A stretch of DNA of 64,000 nt from Laetmonice hystrix. Taxonomy: Eukaryota. The notes below the pieces were generated by a model that saw only the letters and a list, made by a program, of their open reading frames with translations, was not told the origin of the DNA and searched no databases. The translations under genes and the position numbers were made by a program. Location: NCBI GenBank assembly GCA_965235115.1, contig OZ249444.1:17546001-17610000 (forward strand), read 5' to 3'. Position 1 is the first letter of the stretch. The number at the start of each line of letters is the position of its first letter. Positions 12,541 through 25,900 of the stretch are shown here, in pieces.

Positions 12541-13689
12541 CCCCCACCGCGAGAAGCACCGAATAAATTATGCATGCTCTATGTGGCAATCAGGTGGGAC
12601 ATAAGCACATGAAGCACGGCCTCGTCCACCGGACATTCAGGCGGGGTCTCACCGCCGTTACACACGCCCGTGGCCGCCAGTCGATGCTCGTCTCGCCCAT
12701 GGTGTGAACAGCTATGATGTGTTACATCATTCATGTACAGACTGGGTCTGCCATGGAGTATTAGGGTCAGACTCGGTGGAGTGCTCGGGGCCTACCTGGG
12801 GGTGCTTGGGTCTGCCTTTTGTTGCCGTAATCTATCCAGAGTGGGATGATATATTATGGAGTGGTAGTTTCCAGTATGGAATGCTGCAGTATGCCTTGAC
12901 TGCCAAGGCGTCTTAGGCAATATTTGCGATTGTAAGTGCAAGGGAGTGGCAAAGCTGTTAATGTCTGCCCGAGAAGCCATGGGTTTAACCTGAGTCAGTG
13001 GCAGTGGTCAGCCTTCTGAGAACTATACAGATATGCTGGAGTTGGTTGGGAATGCAAGGGTTGCTCAAGGGTGTCGGTGTGTGTGCAGAGATCTTGCCAG
13101 GTTGTTGTATCTGTGACTGCCATGGACACTGCTGATGCCTGGGTGGGAGTGCTAGGAGATGTGAAGGAGGGGCAGGCTGTGCTGGGAGTGTTTGAGTTAG
13201 TCCTAGAGTTCCTCGCGGTCCTTGTGTCCATGTCATAGACCCACAGTCATCCTAGAGGGACAGGTCCCATTCCCGACGGCATAGCGTTAAGGCGATAGTC
13301 CCAGTGCTCAGCTCCATGGCAGGAACAAAGCCACGAAATGGCCTTGTGAGTGCAGAAATATAGTGACCAGTTCTGGCTGCCTTTCTGCCTAGTTCTTGAA
13401 GATCTGGAAGAGTTTGGTATCGTCCAGAGCCTGTAGGCCTAGTTGTTGTTTTTTCTCCATAAAATAAATGACTCACTTTATTAACAATGATACCTTTCCA
13501 GCAGTTAATTTATCAATGAAATGTTTGTATTATAATTAAATGAAGGTGTCAAAGGATGTTGTTTTTATAATGATGGAATGAGTGAATGAGTAAGAGAGGT
13601 AGAGAGTGAGCGAATGAGTTCGTGATTTTTAACGGTAGACTCTATCTCCAGTGTGCACGGGCATCAGACGTATACCAAAATGTCTTGAG

Positions 13690-13840
13690 ACAGAAATTTG
13701 TAAAGCACCCAACTGGAATCGAACCCCAGTCACATGATTTCTGTGCCTATTCGCATAGCATAAGGTATGAACGTCCATGCTGGGCGAGACTACGTTTTTT
13801 TAAACTTACTGGGTTAGTGATAGGACCTTTTGCCACCTAG
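13690..13840 (-). mobile_element. Possible tRNA-derived SINE relic
   Basis: Pol III B-box-like GGTTCGATTCC on the minus strand (~13713-13723). A similar GGGGTTCGATTC lies on the minus strand at ~25203-25214. A-box not convincing; no cloverleaf. Confidence 0.22.
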
Positions 13841-14022
13841 ACCCAACAGGGATGATGAAATACCATTCGTCTGGGATCTATTATTCGCAGACTCTAGGCG
13901 GTGATGATGAAGAGGCTGATGGAAAACGTGGTACAATAAAGAGAGAGAGAAAGAATGATAAGTACGCTACTGAAGTGTATTAAAAAGCTCTCAATGGCCC
14001 TGTAGAAGATGTCTATGATAGC

Positions 14023-14097
14023 GTGGAGGACATTGCTCTGTCTGTAGGACCACACGTGTGTGGAGGACATTGCTCTGTCTGTAGGACCACACGTGTG
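14023..14097 (+). repeat. Perfect 37-bp tandem duplication
   Basis: TGGAGGACATTGCTCTGTCTGTAGGACCACACGTGTG at 14024 and 14061. Confidence 0.95.
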
Positions 14098-14447
14098 GGT
14101 GGAGTAATGTCTGTGGTAAGGTCATACTGCCAGATGGCGGTCTGCACTCCCAGCAACCTTCACCTGCCAGAGCCCGTGCTGATTGGCATGGTGAGGTGAA
14201 ATGATTGGCATAATTACGGCCATTGTTGGGCGAAATGAATCGAGTAGTAATAGCGTTTTTGGGCAAAATGATTTGCGTAGTTCCCGTGATGGCATGAGTC
14301 TGCTTCCGGTGTCATTATGCTTTGATTGATTGCCCCTTGATTGATATATTGCCCTTTGATTGTTGCCATGCCCCTGAATCATTGTCCTTTTGAAAAGAGA
14401 TTTTACACCTGTAGAATGTTAAGGTAGGCTTAAATGAATAGGCAATT

Positions 14448-14594
14448 CAGGGGTGTCAGAAGCTATTGCTAGTTGGAGAGTGGGCAAGCCTGAAGCTAGG
14501 AGCCGTCCATCTCTGGTCAGCCTATGCCTTGACAGGAGCTGATCTAGGTATTGGGGGACATGGCCACCCTGACCCTCCTGTTCCGACACCACTG
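14448..14594. mobile_element. Small MITE-like element with 13-bp imperfect TIRs
   Basis: CAGGGGTGTCAGA ... TCCGACACCACTG (reverse complement CAGTGGTGTCGGA, 11/13). No TSD seen. Confidence 0.55.
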
Positions 14595-14930
14595 TACTTA
14601 ATAACAGGTAGTTTCCAAACAGCCTCCAGAAACTGCTGCAAATTTACACTTCCTCGATTGACAGTATTGCCGGTGCGACTGTTGTAAATTGCTAACCCTT
14701 GTATTTTCGCCGATTGGATCAGTATTTACATCTCTAGCTCATATTCTTTCTATGACAGGAGAGATCCAGTAAATACGGAAGGCGCGAGTGGGGAATTTCA
14801 CAACGTTTGGACATGATTCGGACTGATATAATAGTCTATAATGGCGTCGTTTTGTCACGTTGTTATTGTGTTTGTGTTGTTATTATCACCGTCCAGACCA
14901 TCAATGTTGTTTCTATTACCTAGGTGATTT

Positions 14931-14957
14931 CATAGATGTGTCTCCTACACATCTATG
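14931..14957. mobile_element. 27-bp foldback (CATAG...CTATG) flanked by a 7-bp direct repeat; candidate minimal TIR transposon remnant
   Basis: CATAGATGTGT-CTCCT-ACACATCTATG has a perfect 11-bp stem. GTGATTT lies at 14924-14930 and 14958-14964. Confidence 0.55.
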
Positions 14958-15836
14958 GTGATTTAAATCACTCAGCAGCCTGCTCCATCATTCAGAGTAA
15001 GAGATCAACTATTCGATGTTAACAGCTCTCAGACGGCTATAGAATCCGACATAAGGGGTTTTAATCAAATCTTAGGGTGAGGCATAAGCAGGGAAGATGC
15101 AGAATTTGTCACTCTAATTATTATTTATGATAGGTATGTATATGTATCAGATCAACCCGTGGGGCACTGACACGTATACATGCCTAAATAATTGTGTAGC
15201 ATGTCAGCTGAGACGATAAGAGAAAGAAGTGAAGTAAAGAGGAGGCAGCGATAAGGAAATGCTGAGACCGATGTGGCGGTGTCGGGTGTAGGTGTAGGCG
15301 TATGATGGTGACGACTTGTGACATGCTGCAGTAACTCAGTAAGGCTTCCGCCCCCTCCCACACACCGCAACAATTACCAATACCGGTGACAGTACTCGAG
15401 CCACAGCTCTCTCCCTCCTCCGTCTCTAGTCGTATCCAGCAGGGAGACTAACGTGACAGGAAGCCCGACGATGGGGTCAAGTGAGAGGGGTGGAGGTGAC
15501 CCTGGATGCTGTCCTTGAAACAAAGCTGTTGGATCAAGTTACGTAACGGCGCCCTCTGGTGGCCACGTTATGGAATGGAGGCTTTGTTCATTTACCTGGG
15601 CTTCCGACAGCCAACGCTTTCATATCGCTGCTCAGGCATTTTTGTTATGGAGGTTAGATGCTATGTGTATACCTTGTTACTTATATAGCATTTAGTTTCT
15701 GCTGGATTTTGAAGAGTCAATTCATAGAGGTCCATGTTATAGTTCCTTCATGGAGCCATCGAAACCTACAAATTCAGTATAACAATATATTTTTAAAAAG
15801 ACAGAATTATGCAGTTACCTTTACCACGTTTTCTTG

Positions 15837-16139
15837 GGGCCCGCGAAAATTGTTTTCCCAAACGACAGAGCAAATCAATAGGGAATATTTAGAGGCTTCT
15901 GATTGGCTGCGGCATCGAAATCAAAACCCCCTCCCCAACCTCCACCTTAGATGTACGCCCCTCGGTTAGGGTTAAGGTAAGGTTAGGGTTAGATCTGTTT
16001 GAATCAACCTCACGTGTGCGCTTTCTGACGGTCTGTGTCGGTATTGGTAAATTGGGTCAGACTGAGAAATTCAGTAGGCCTACTAGCCGATCAGAAGCCT
16101 CAAAATCCTTTGTCGTTTGGGAAAAACATTTTGTGGCCC
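15837..16139. mobile_element. MITE with long imperfect TIRs (GGGCC termini, PIF/Harbinger-like) and internal GGTTAG-type hexamers
   Basis: Left GGGCC..AAAATTGTTTTCCCAAACGACAGAG...AGAGGCTTCTGATTGGCT matches the reverse complement of 16084-16139 (GGGCCACAAAATGTTTTTCCCAAACGACAAAGG..TGAGGCTTCTGATCGGCT). GGTTAGGGTTAAGGTAAGGTTAGGGTTAG at ~15964-15992. Superfamily inferred from the termini only. Confidence 0.75.
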
Positions 16140-16510
16140 GTTCATGCTCCCTTTAGAAGTTGCTAATACACTTGCCGGCACCTAATATCTTTAGGAAACC
16201 GGCGGGACCTACCAATACTATTATCACTTTCACCAAAGGGACCCACCGACACGTAGTCTCATTAACAAACCTCTGTTTATTTTACCCTTTTCTGATGCTT
16301 TCACACCTGGGGGTTAGTGAAGCACACCTTGATTTAATTACAATAGGTGCGGTTTACCAGGCGTTCCTTAGCCACACCCTGAATTATTCAACAGTTTGTC
16401 CGCCCAAAGACACTGCTGGGACAGCTTGGCTTGAGAACCCTGTACTTCAGCACCAGAACAAAAATAGCTTGGTGGTTGAGCCATCCCAGAGGCACTAAGT
16501 GGCACTGTGG

Positions 16511-16632
16511 CCTGGTCCCAGTAAGTCGAAAATTCCCAACTTGAGTAAAGCTTACTTAAGTAAACTTACTGGTTTCTGCATGGCCGGACTGCTCAGACTC
16601 TGTCTTGGGAGTTTCCAACTACTGGGCCCTGG
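16511..16632. mobile_element. ~120-bp MITE with ~28-bp imperfect TIRs
   Basis: CCTGGTCCCAGTAAGTCGAAAATTCCCAA versus the reverse complement of TTGGGAGTTTCCAACTACTGGGCCCTGG. No clear TSD. Confidence 0.6.
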
Positions 16633-19449
16633 GAGTTTGTCCCAGCAGTAAGGCTGGAGGACGAATGGAAAGGGCAACTTGTAGGTATTGTCGTATGGCA
16701 AAGAGAGACCCACCACCCCCACCACATCCCCATCACATCCCCTATGCCACCAGGCCTGGTTTAAAATAGCACTCTGGACAGTGGTATGTGACTGGTCCCA
16801 GTCGGGGCATACATTACATTGTATATAACATGTCGATCACTAATTATGTTGGATAGAACGAGCTGTGAGGTCCACATCTCCCACGGATCAATATTCCTGT
16901 GTACACTGGATCTGGTGAATGAACATTCAATATCATGTCATAAAGCCAGCTTTAAATAACGCACGCTATGAGCATTATGTATGCAAAAATAATACAGGTT
17001 GATGTGCTATATCATTATGAATCAGCATATTATTGCGCCCAGGAGGCCATGCCTGAAATATGGGGTCAATAGTGGAGGACCTTGTCCTCTGGGAATACTG
17101 CTAGAGGAATTCAATACACTTTTATATTGGCAGTCAGTTTATTTTGTCAGTAAAACTAAAGTGAAAGCCTAGAGAATTTATGGAAATAATAGTCCATGAT
17201 GAAAACAACCTGCCAATGCCTGATTATTTTGAGAATTTAAGTTTATTTCACGTCTCGATCATATTGGGATGATAGTAAGTAGTATATAAGATTGCGACAT
17301 TGGTGCAGGCAGCGTTTACGTTCAGTTCGGTTTGGTGACCATGCTACTTCAGCGTAGATTTTGGATATCGTAAATGTCAACCCTAAACTTTATTTATGAA
17401 TAGATTAATAAAATTTCCCAACATTCCACGTTGCTCTTTAATATGTTGCCTGAAATATAGTCAGTGTTTTCTACTATTTCCATCCACTCCCTATGTTTGA
17501 TGGCCTGGTCATGAAGGAAACGAGTAATAATTGTGTCTGTGTTTAATGAGATAATTAGCTGTGCCACAAAATGAATACATTGTCCTTGAGGCTGAGAAGT
17601 ATATTGTCAGTAGATCCATAACGACGGGACTTACGTGGTGTAGACATTCGTTTTCCAATGAGGGAGTTGCGTGTTGTAACTAATAAATCAGGTGTGCTTG
17701 GGGCCAGCCGACGGCCTGAATACACTACAGTCTGCAACACCTACGTTAGTTCTTCAGGGACAACATTTCTCACGGAACAGCGTGCTGGTGTGTTGGTATG
17801 TAGGTTGCCCCAAGGGCATGGCCGTTTTGTTTACTTGTCTGTTACTAGTTCTAGTCAGTCGATTCACATGTTGGATTGCCACTAGATCGGGATCAAACAT
17901 GTCCACTAAGCATCAACTGTGCCCCCTTACATTCTAACGCTCCTCGTTAAGGACTTTTTACAATAACACAACATCACGAAAATTAGGGGATGCAATATGG
18001 ATGGAAATGGCTATGGTCATGAAATGGAATCTATTAATTTTGTTGCGTTTATGCATGTTTTCATTATGCTACAAATTGATTATAGATGTATCATTTAGAA
18101 GCTTTCCTTACAGACGTGACACTTGACAAATAATTAGCAGCACAGTGTCAGCAGAGCAGCATATCGCCCCCAACGATCGTAACTATTTTAGGAGAGGTGT
18201 CAGTTATTACGAGTCACAACTTTGCCTGGATCAATCAGTCTCGGTTTTGCATACTTTTACTCTTCCAGTTCATTTTCTTGATTACAGAATTTTATAAATA
18301 AATAGGCATATCAGGTAGGAGATTGAACTTCCTGAACTGTAAGGTTTTCAAATCAATGTATGCAGCTAACTTGGGCATGTGATATACACCAATTTTTAAT
18401 CATAGTTTTACTTTAAACATAAGCCAGTATTGAGATGACATGTATGAGCATGATTAAATTTGTAAAGCTGAAATTGCCTGTCTATCATGTCACCGGGTAG
18501 CATGGGAGGAAACATTTACTCAGTCTCAAGAGTCTTTTGTCGTATGTGGTCAATCCATTTCCGAGGTTTGATGACAATTAAAAAGAGTGGGGTTACTTAT
18601 AAATATGTCCTTAAACTTTACCCATCAGAGTAGCCCAAGTTATTATGAAGAGGATAGAGGTGAATTTCTGTTGGCAGCTGTATTGGAGATAATAATCTGA
18701 CAGAGTGTCAACATAGCTTTGCCGTTAATGAGTTTTAACCGTTTTTATTTTATATTGGTATAGATTGGTATACCACTCAGGTAAACGGAAAGGAAAGGAT
18801 CACTTGATAAATCAAGGAATCCAGGAAAGTGTTTGATCCTGTTAGAAAGTATTTTTGGAAGATATAATGAGAATACACATGTACCAGAGACACAGAAAAT
18901 TGAGCCGTTTCCCCGGTGGACTTTAAAGTAGACTGTAGTATTAATCTTAACACAACCATCAAATTAGAACAATGTTATATATAATTTATCCATAATGTTA
19001 TCCCGTCCATATAATTCCCAGAACATCAACTCATTATCAACCGTAACTGCATCTCCTAAAAGAGAGATTCCAGCTACAAAGCTCTATACGAAGGTTGGGT
19101 ATTGATCCTCAAGCGAAAAAAGTGAAAAGGTGATTTCCTTTTCATGAAATCTTCATTCAGTCCAAGCTGAGTATGATGTGTAGTCCATGAGGAGTGGGGG
19201 GGGGGGGGTACCCCGGTACCACCTAGCGTCGGTGATGAACTACTACCCCGTTTTCCAACTCCCAGGGGGGTCTTGTGCTCAATGCGGTGAGTAGGTTGGG
19301 CAGGCAGTGTGACCCAACACAGACCCAGCCTCTCGTGGGAAAACCTGTTTCCAGACAGTAAAGATAAGACTCAAAGGAGAGGGTCATCTGCCAGCGGAGG
19401 CCAGCTGAATATGGAGGTTGCCTCCGGAGTGCAGATGCTGCTGCACACC

Positions 19450-19600
19450 CCATCAACCGTGTACCCCTGCTCCGGGCCACAACTGTTTGTCCATATTATT
19501 TATACTTCCTCACGTGATGGTTAAACATGAAGGCCGTCCCTTGTGGCAGACAATTTGTGGTTTGTGGACCATACACTACACGCTTCCCATTTGTTTTCCA
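19450..19600 (+). mobile_element. Possible L2/CR1 RT core relic
   Basis: SGPQLFVHIIYTS (cf. LGPLLF..YT) followed at plausible spacing by WFVDHT (cf. YADDT). Confidence 0.27.
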
Positions 19601-21799
19601 ACTTTAAAGGAAGCAATGCATCATTGAATATAGACGAGTAACACCAGGGCCCATCGGATTGACTCATTATCGTCACCAATTTGAAGATGTTGGGTAAGAG
19701 GTTTCAGGTAAACCCGTTAAATATGTACCCATGTACGAAAATCGTCAGCCGTATAGTGTAAAACCCAAGAACTCGCAGAGGGGTCCTGGGTCACAATATA
19801 AGGGCACCCCTCTGAATCAGATGAATAGAGATAATTATCTAAAGGAGGGGGCCAAAATTAGCAACCCCTTATGGGCTCTGCATAAATGTCCTTGTAATGA
19901 GGACTACGGTATTACCTTGTACGGCAAGCTATAACTCAATAGTTTGAGTGGCTCAGTGATCTAAGTCGCTGCGTGGCGATCAGAAGGCATCTTGATTCTT
20001 ATATCGTTTTGACTTATGCCTGAAAGCTTGTCGGTTACTTGCTGCATTGTGGATGGATTCTACGGCTATTCCAGTTTCCTCAACCGACTGCCTCGGTATG
20101 ACCTAGGTGTTGTTGAGGTGTAAACCCACAGTTCAAATCCAGTTGTGTAAACCTACACAAAGGTGTAAAATAAAGAAACCCAGAACGGAGATGGAACCAT
20201 GACTAACTGATTAATCTCACGGTAGATTTAGATGATGAAAGATTCGGCGAACCTTCCTAGTTAAATGGAACATATCTAGGGATTTCAGGAGAAAAATCTT
20301 CAGCGGCTTCAGTGTAGTACCATGCATGTTTCCCCCGTTCTGCTCCACTTTGATTTGAGCGTTACAAATAAGGTTGTGTAGATGTTAAAATGGTAACGAC
20401 GTCGACTTCACTTATAAGGGCATTACATGATGTCAGCAGGCGTTTATTGGAAATCGGTGCGTGAGGAAGAGGGCCGAGTTATCCTGTTGCTTGAGCTTAA
20501 AATCAGCTGCATGAAGAGTAATAGACGATTATCGCACCCATCATGTGCCCCCTAATTAGCTTGAATTTATGGCAGCCAAAATGAAAATTTCCCCAGTCAG
20601 TTCATCATTTCTTCAGTTTTGATCCACCATTAAGCTGCCTGCACCATTATGGTAGGCCATCACCAGAAGGATTCTGGGGACAAATAATTCAATTTTGGAA
20701 AGATTTTATTTCAGTGTGTTCATCAGACACTGTTAAGTGTTTCAAAAAATCAGTTGGAAGTGAAAGTGATCGAGCCCGCCTCTTATCGTCACTGACCTGG
20801 GGCGATAAAGTGAGCCTGCCCCTGATGGGGAGATCGGAGTGTGGGAGCCATTGACAGGTCCCATGCATCTTCTAAGATTGGTTAGTCGGGGCAACCCGGT
20901 GTACGAAGCCATGGCAGGCCTCGTGACTGCTCTAAGACTGGTTGGAGGACTGCAGGGCTGTGAGAAGGGCTAAGTGTCAGGACCCATGACAGGACCTTTC
21001 TAAGTCTGGTTGGTTTGTCGCGCCAGTTTCCGTGACCATTAATGACACAGTTTCCAGTAGTCTATCACGGGTTGCTGCTAGCAGCTGATTGCCTTGTTTG
21101 TTTCACGGCTGGCTTTGGGTTGCCAAGCGATCAATCATTGTGTCTAACAACGTTACCGGAGCGTCTGTAGCAATCAGTTACTGTCGAGTTAGGCTCGAAT
21201 TACAACCTATTGACACATGATATTAAATCAGTTGTCATCTCTGAGTATAAATGGGGCACGTTGAATTGCCATGTGTCTTGAAACAGAAAATGGCCGGATG
21301 CAAGGACATAGTTAGTGGCAAGATTAGCCCAACCCGTGGATTTACGCCTGTTCTCAGTCGCCACAAAGTCAGATTTTTCTCTTTTTTTTGGAAACTGACC
21401 CTTATTTCATGGAGATACTAAGTTAAGCCATTCTTGAGATTAATTCAGCAAAATGTTCTGGCAGCCAAAGAGTTCAGCCAGATGCTTACTAGAGGGCACA
21501 TTCTATTTCATATGTAACAGTCATAGAGCCCAAGGTCACCAACTGGCCAAGAAGTAATAAGGTTAACCCTCGCAACAATTAATAGTTCTATGTCAACATA
21601 AAATACATGCGGGAGACATGCGGGATGCTGTTTCCATTCTTCGTTCTACTTTATTAACATCATCATGAGCGGAATATGCCGTTCTGAAGTTCACCTAGAG
21701 ATATTCACTTTTAAACCGGCGAGCTAAAAGCAAGGAAGCTAGAACTTCAATTAGTATGCCACATGTTTTACTCTAGCTAGTTTGACAAAAAGAGAAGCC

Positions 21800-22060
21800 A
21801 GTTGATCCGAGGGAAATCACCCAGAGGGTGTCTGATGTTATTTTAATGATTATAGATTTGTTCACGTTGTATAAGTATGCAGTATTTCCGCAGACTTCAT
21901 CATAATAATGCAGGCAGGGCAATGAATGCGTGGTGTACGAGGGTGGTATTAACCTGGCTCTGTGGCTGTGTCCAGGGTGACTGGGTCTCTCCTGATGTAA
22001 GAGACACAACTTGGAAATGACTTGGGACCGACAGGTTTGGAATGGATTAAGTGCTGTCAT
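21800..22060 (-). mobile_element. L2-like RT C-terminal relic
   Basis: Minus strand TLVHHAFIAL (~21915-21945), cf. L2 TLVHAFITSRLDY. Confidence 0.33.
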
Positions 22061-22521
22061 TGCAGTAGGCCGGTCTGGGTTAGTATGGTACTGGGCCGGG
22101 GTGTCTCTCAGCCTACGGTGAGTGCATTCTTACCTCCTGAATCTGAATCAGGTATTAGCATTGTGGTATAGGTTTGGAAGTTGATATGATGCTTTGTTGA
22201 TCTGCCTTAGTTGGACCCGACCTATCATTGAAAATGAAAACAAAACAATTTTCGAGTGAAATTACATTTTTATTTGATAAAGTTAATAAATTTATATTTA
22301 TAATTTAAACCCAACAAAAAGCATTTTATTTAAACGTAAAGTGTCCAAAGATTTCTGCGTGCATCACTTCCCAGGCAGGGACCGGGCCGGACGGAGCAGT
22401 CATAGAGCAGCGGTCACAATACTGAAACATGTCACAGCAGCCACGGTACAATACCGCAATATATGTGATCAAAGTCTAATCCTCCAAAATACGTAATCTC
22501 GGAGTGGTTCCCCCCAACTAC

Positions 22522-22686
22522 AGCGAGAGACAGGAGAGACAGTGAGAGAGACCGAGACCGAGAGAGGGAGAGAGATACAGAGACAGATAGAGAGAGACAA
22601 TGAGAGACAGAGGGAGAGAGACAGAGACACAGAGAGAAAGAGAGAGAGACCGGGACAGGGAGAAAGATACAGAGACAGATAGAGAG
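22522..22686 (+). repeat. Compound GA/GACA microsatellite running into an assembly gap
   Basis: Directly visible purine-rich repeat. Confidence 0.95.
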
Positions 22687-22959
22687 NNNNNNNNNNNNNN
22701 NNNNNNNNNNNNNNNNNNNNNNNNNNNNNNNNNNNNNNNNNNNNNNNNNNNNNNNNNNNNNNNNNNNNNNNNNNNNNNNNNNNNNNNNNNNNNNNNNNNN
22801 NNNNNNNNNNNNNNNNNNNNNNNNNNNNNNNNNNNNNNNNNNNNNNNNNNNNNNNNNNNNNNNNNNNNNNNNNNNNNNNNNNNNNNNNNNNNNNNNNNNN
22901 NNNNNNNNNNNNNNNNNNNNNNNNNNNNNNNNNNNNNNNNNNNNNNNNNNNNNNNNNNN
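22687..22959. other. Assembly gap (273 N)
   Basis: Run of N; ORFs spanning it are artefacts. Confidence 0.99.
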
Positions 22960-25900
22960 TAATTTGTTCATCACGAGTGACACTGATTGCAGGTATGGTG
23001 GATGGGGAGTGGCGAGTCAAGCACCGACGTATTGTATTACTGTCGCCGAGATGTTACGGCACCTTCGTACACTGTAGAGGTGCGGCATACTCCGCCACCG
23101 CAGCGGTGGCATGCGTAGGTGGGCAGTCCCGCGTGTTACGTGCTCATCCAGGGTTCTCTTAGACTTACATCAAGGCAGGGATCTCCCTCAGGGTTTTTTT
23201 CGCCGCACCGATGACAGTAGCTTGCTAAACATGATGTTTTCTGGTCACGTTTTGGATGTTGGCTGAGGGTGACAAGCAGTACTGTTAGTGACACCTCAGT
23301 AGCCTGGAACCCGAGTGAGAGTGTTAGCCCAGATGTTAGTACCGACATCGTGGGTGACAGCCAATGCTGTATCAAAAATCAACAATAACAGCCTAATTCA
23401 ATGGAGCCGAGAGGCTGGCCTGACGCCGAGCATAATGTAACCGTAATGGAAGGGATTTTTGTTGACGTCGGTGGCTTAGAGACGCAGCAGCTGGGTTATC
23501 CCCGGCCAATGTGAACACGATTCGGGACCACACATTAGCCGGTACCTACACCAACTGGAGGAGTGGGGGAGGGGGAGTGGCGGATGGGGGAGTCGGCAGG
23601 AGGTGGTCCTAGAATTACTGTGGCACAACTCGTGGTTAGGGTCGAATTCTGTCTGATTCACGTATTCGAGTTGTCTACCGTGGTGTATCTGATTATATAG
23701 GTGTTAAGTGCAAGAACAGCGTAATACATTTTGTCATGTTGTATTTGTTATACCTGTAACGGAACTGGCGGAAATTGGACTGGGCCAACATCTTTGAAAA
23801 GCCGAAAATTTTCGAAAATGTTCTTGAAAATGGTTGGATTGGCTTTAGGGCCTTGGAAACCTAAAAATGGATCGTAAAGTCTTCTAAAATTTACTGGCAC
23901 TAATGTAAACGTACTTATCATGAACCGGATTGATACTGCCGCGGGGTACATGTTGATAATGATATGTGAAAAGATATATTGGTCGTGTCACCGATATGAA
24001 GAAAGATACAAAATTCCAACATCCTGTATCCTGATGATGGCGAGTACGTTTGATCTTTTATGTACTGAGACCAGTTCAATGTTTTGGTCACTGCCTTCTT
24101 GCATGTCTTCACACAGTCAGTGGGGAGCCAAACAAAAGCCAGAACAATATAGCTTCTAACAATAGGCTGGAAGTGGTACCGGCTCCCTATAATTTGCATA
24201 TCAATTGACTCACAAGATGGGCATTGCTGCAAGGTGAACGTTTGTCGCCAGTGGACGCTGACCACGCTTGGAACTTTACTGGGATATTTTCATAATTCCC
24301 GCTTATTTACCCTAAAACAGATTTTACGGATAAAAAATGAGTATTAGAATGTGCCTTCAAAGTTTATTTCAAACTACTTCAAGGCCTTTGATATCGCATG
24401 GGTAGGCCTGTTGTTTATATCTTTGCAAGATACAGAAAGGGTGTGCAAGAGACACGGGGTCCCCTACTACGAAGAGATAGGCCTGAGGCAATAAGCACCG
24501 CTGTAGTAATGTAGGGAACTGCGAGGCACCGGTCTCCACGTTCGGTCGTAGTCTGGAAACAGACGCTGTTGAAAACCTGACAGTACGAAGAGTCGATGGC
24601 TTTGGATGGTGTGTCCACTTGGAGAGGTGAGGGTGTAACTCGACGATAAGTGTGGCACGACTCTTTTAAAGGGATGTAGCAATACAACACGTTCTCCGTC
24701 AGTGGGCTCAATCTGCGGCAAGGTTCCAAATCAGTTGGTTCTCAATGGGTTATCGTGTGTCTCCAGTCGCCAGATCTTCGAACGGTAGGACTTGTCCCCG
24801 CCACCAGTTTCACCCTTTTTTAGTTTCCAGTCAATTTTTTATTAACCCTCCACTCTGCCATTCGTTCCGACCCGCCCCCAACATCAGACCTGTTCTCCTG
24901 ATCGCGGGGCTGTCACTACAGAAGCGGGATGTGACTTGAGGGCTTTGAAAAAATTTTAAAACGGGCCGTGACATTTTCAAAAGTACCTCTCTCCTTCCCG
25001 GGGCAGTCGATGGTGTACACATGGTAACGCTAGAGCCGTGCTGAATACACGCTGAGATAACGTCCCGAGTTTGGCGCTATAATACTGGTTGAATACCTTT
25101 TATTGGTATAGATAACGGCTGCCCTTGGTACCGTCATTAATGGCCTTGAAGACCTCGGAATTTGTTTCACCAAACCCGCGGAGACAATGAAAAGGCCTCA
25201 ATGAATCGAACCCCAACCCAAAGATTGCTCACATAGCTCTCATTCTAATGTACACGGTCTCAGCCTTACCCAGAAAGATCTCAACCTCCACTGCGGATCT
25301 CAGCCTTGCCCGAGGCGGTCTCAGCTAGGTCTCAGCTAACCCACAAAAAGCTCAAAGCTCACCCACGAAGGTATCATCCACAGATCATTCTCTCCTCAGT
25401 GCTCGGTCAAACACTGTCAGCACCACTACTGCTCATAGTCACAGAAGGCAACACTGAAATTGTCAACGACATGGCAATAGGTGTGTGATGCTGGTTCGTC
25501 TAAAGTTATTTGGTTTAATTTGGTTCGTGAGTGATGCATGTGCTGTCTCTAATTAGACAGGCAACGCGGATTGTTGGGAATGGAGTCACCTTAGCTGAGG
25601 GGAGGCAATTATAAGTGCAAGAGCTACAGTTTAGGTACCAAAAGCGACCCAGATCTGCAGTAGTAGAAGATCTGGCCACACTGAACAGCATGCTGAAATG
25701 TTTTGCTGATTGCTTGCTTTTTATTTGTTATTTCATGGGGGCATTCGGAGATGAAACACCGGTATCCTTGGACAGCAATTTCTTTTAGCAGAAGAAACTA
25801 TAACTACTAGAGAGAAACTGTCGTGCAATTAGACAAATGTGACACCTCTACTGGATATTGTCAGTTTTACTGGTCTGTCTCTATCTGCGGCAATGGTTGG

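Noticed and set aside
22250-22425. Apparent minus-strand terminal exon (TTTCAG|YCDRCSMT...* with AATAAA)
   Set aside because: The acceptor lies within a two-copy degenerate repeat, and AATAAA is expected in this AT-rich tract.
22432-23020. ORFs of 120-183 aa
   Set aside because: They span the N gap and a microsatellite.
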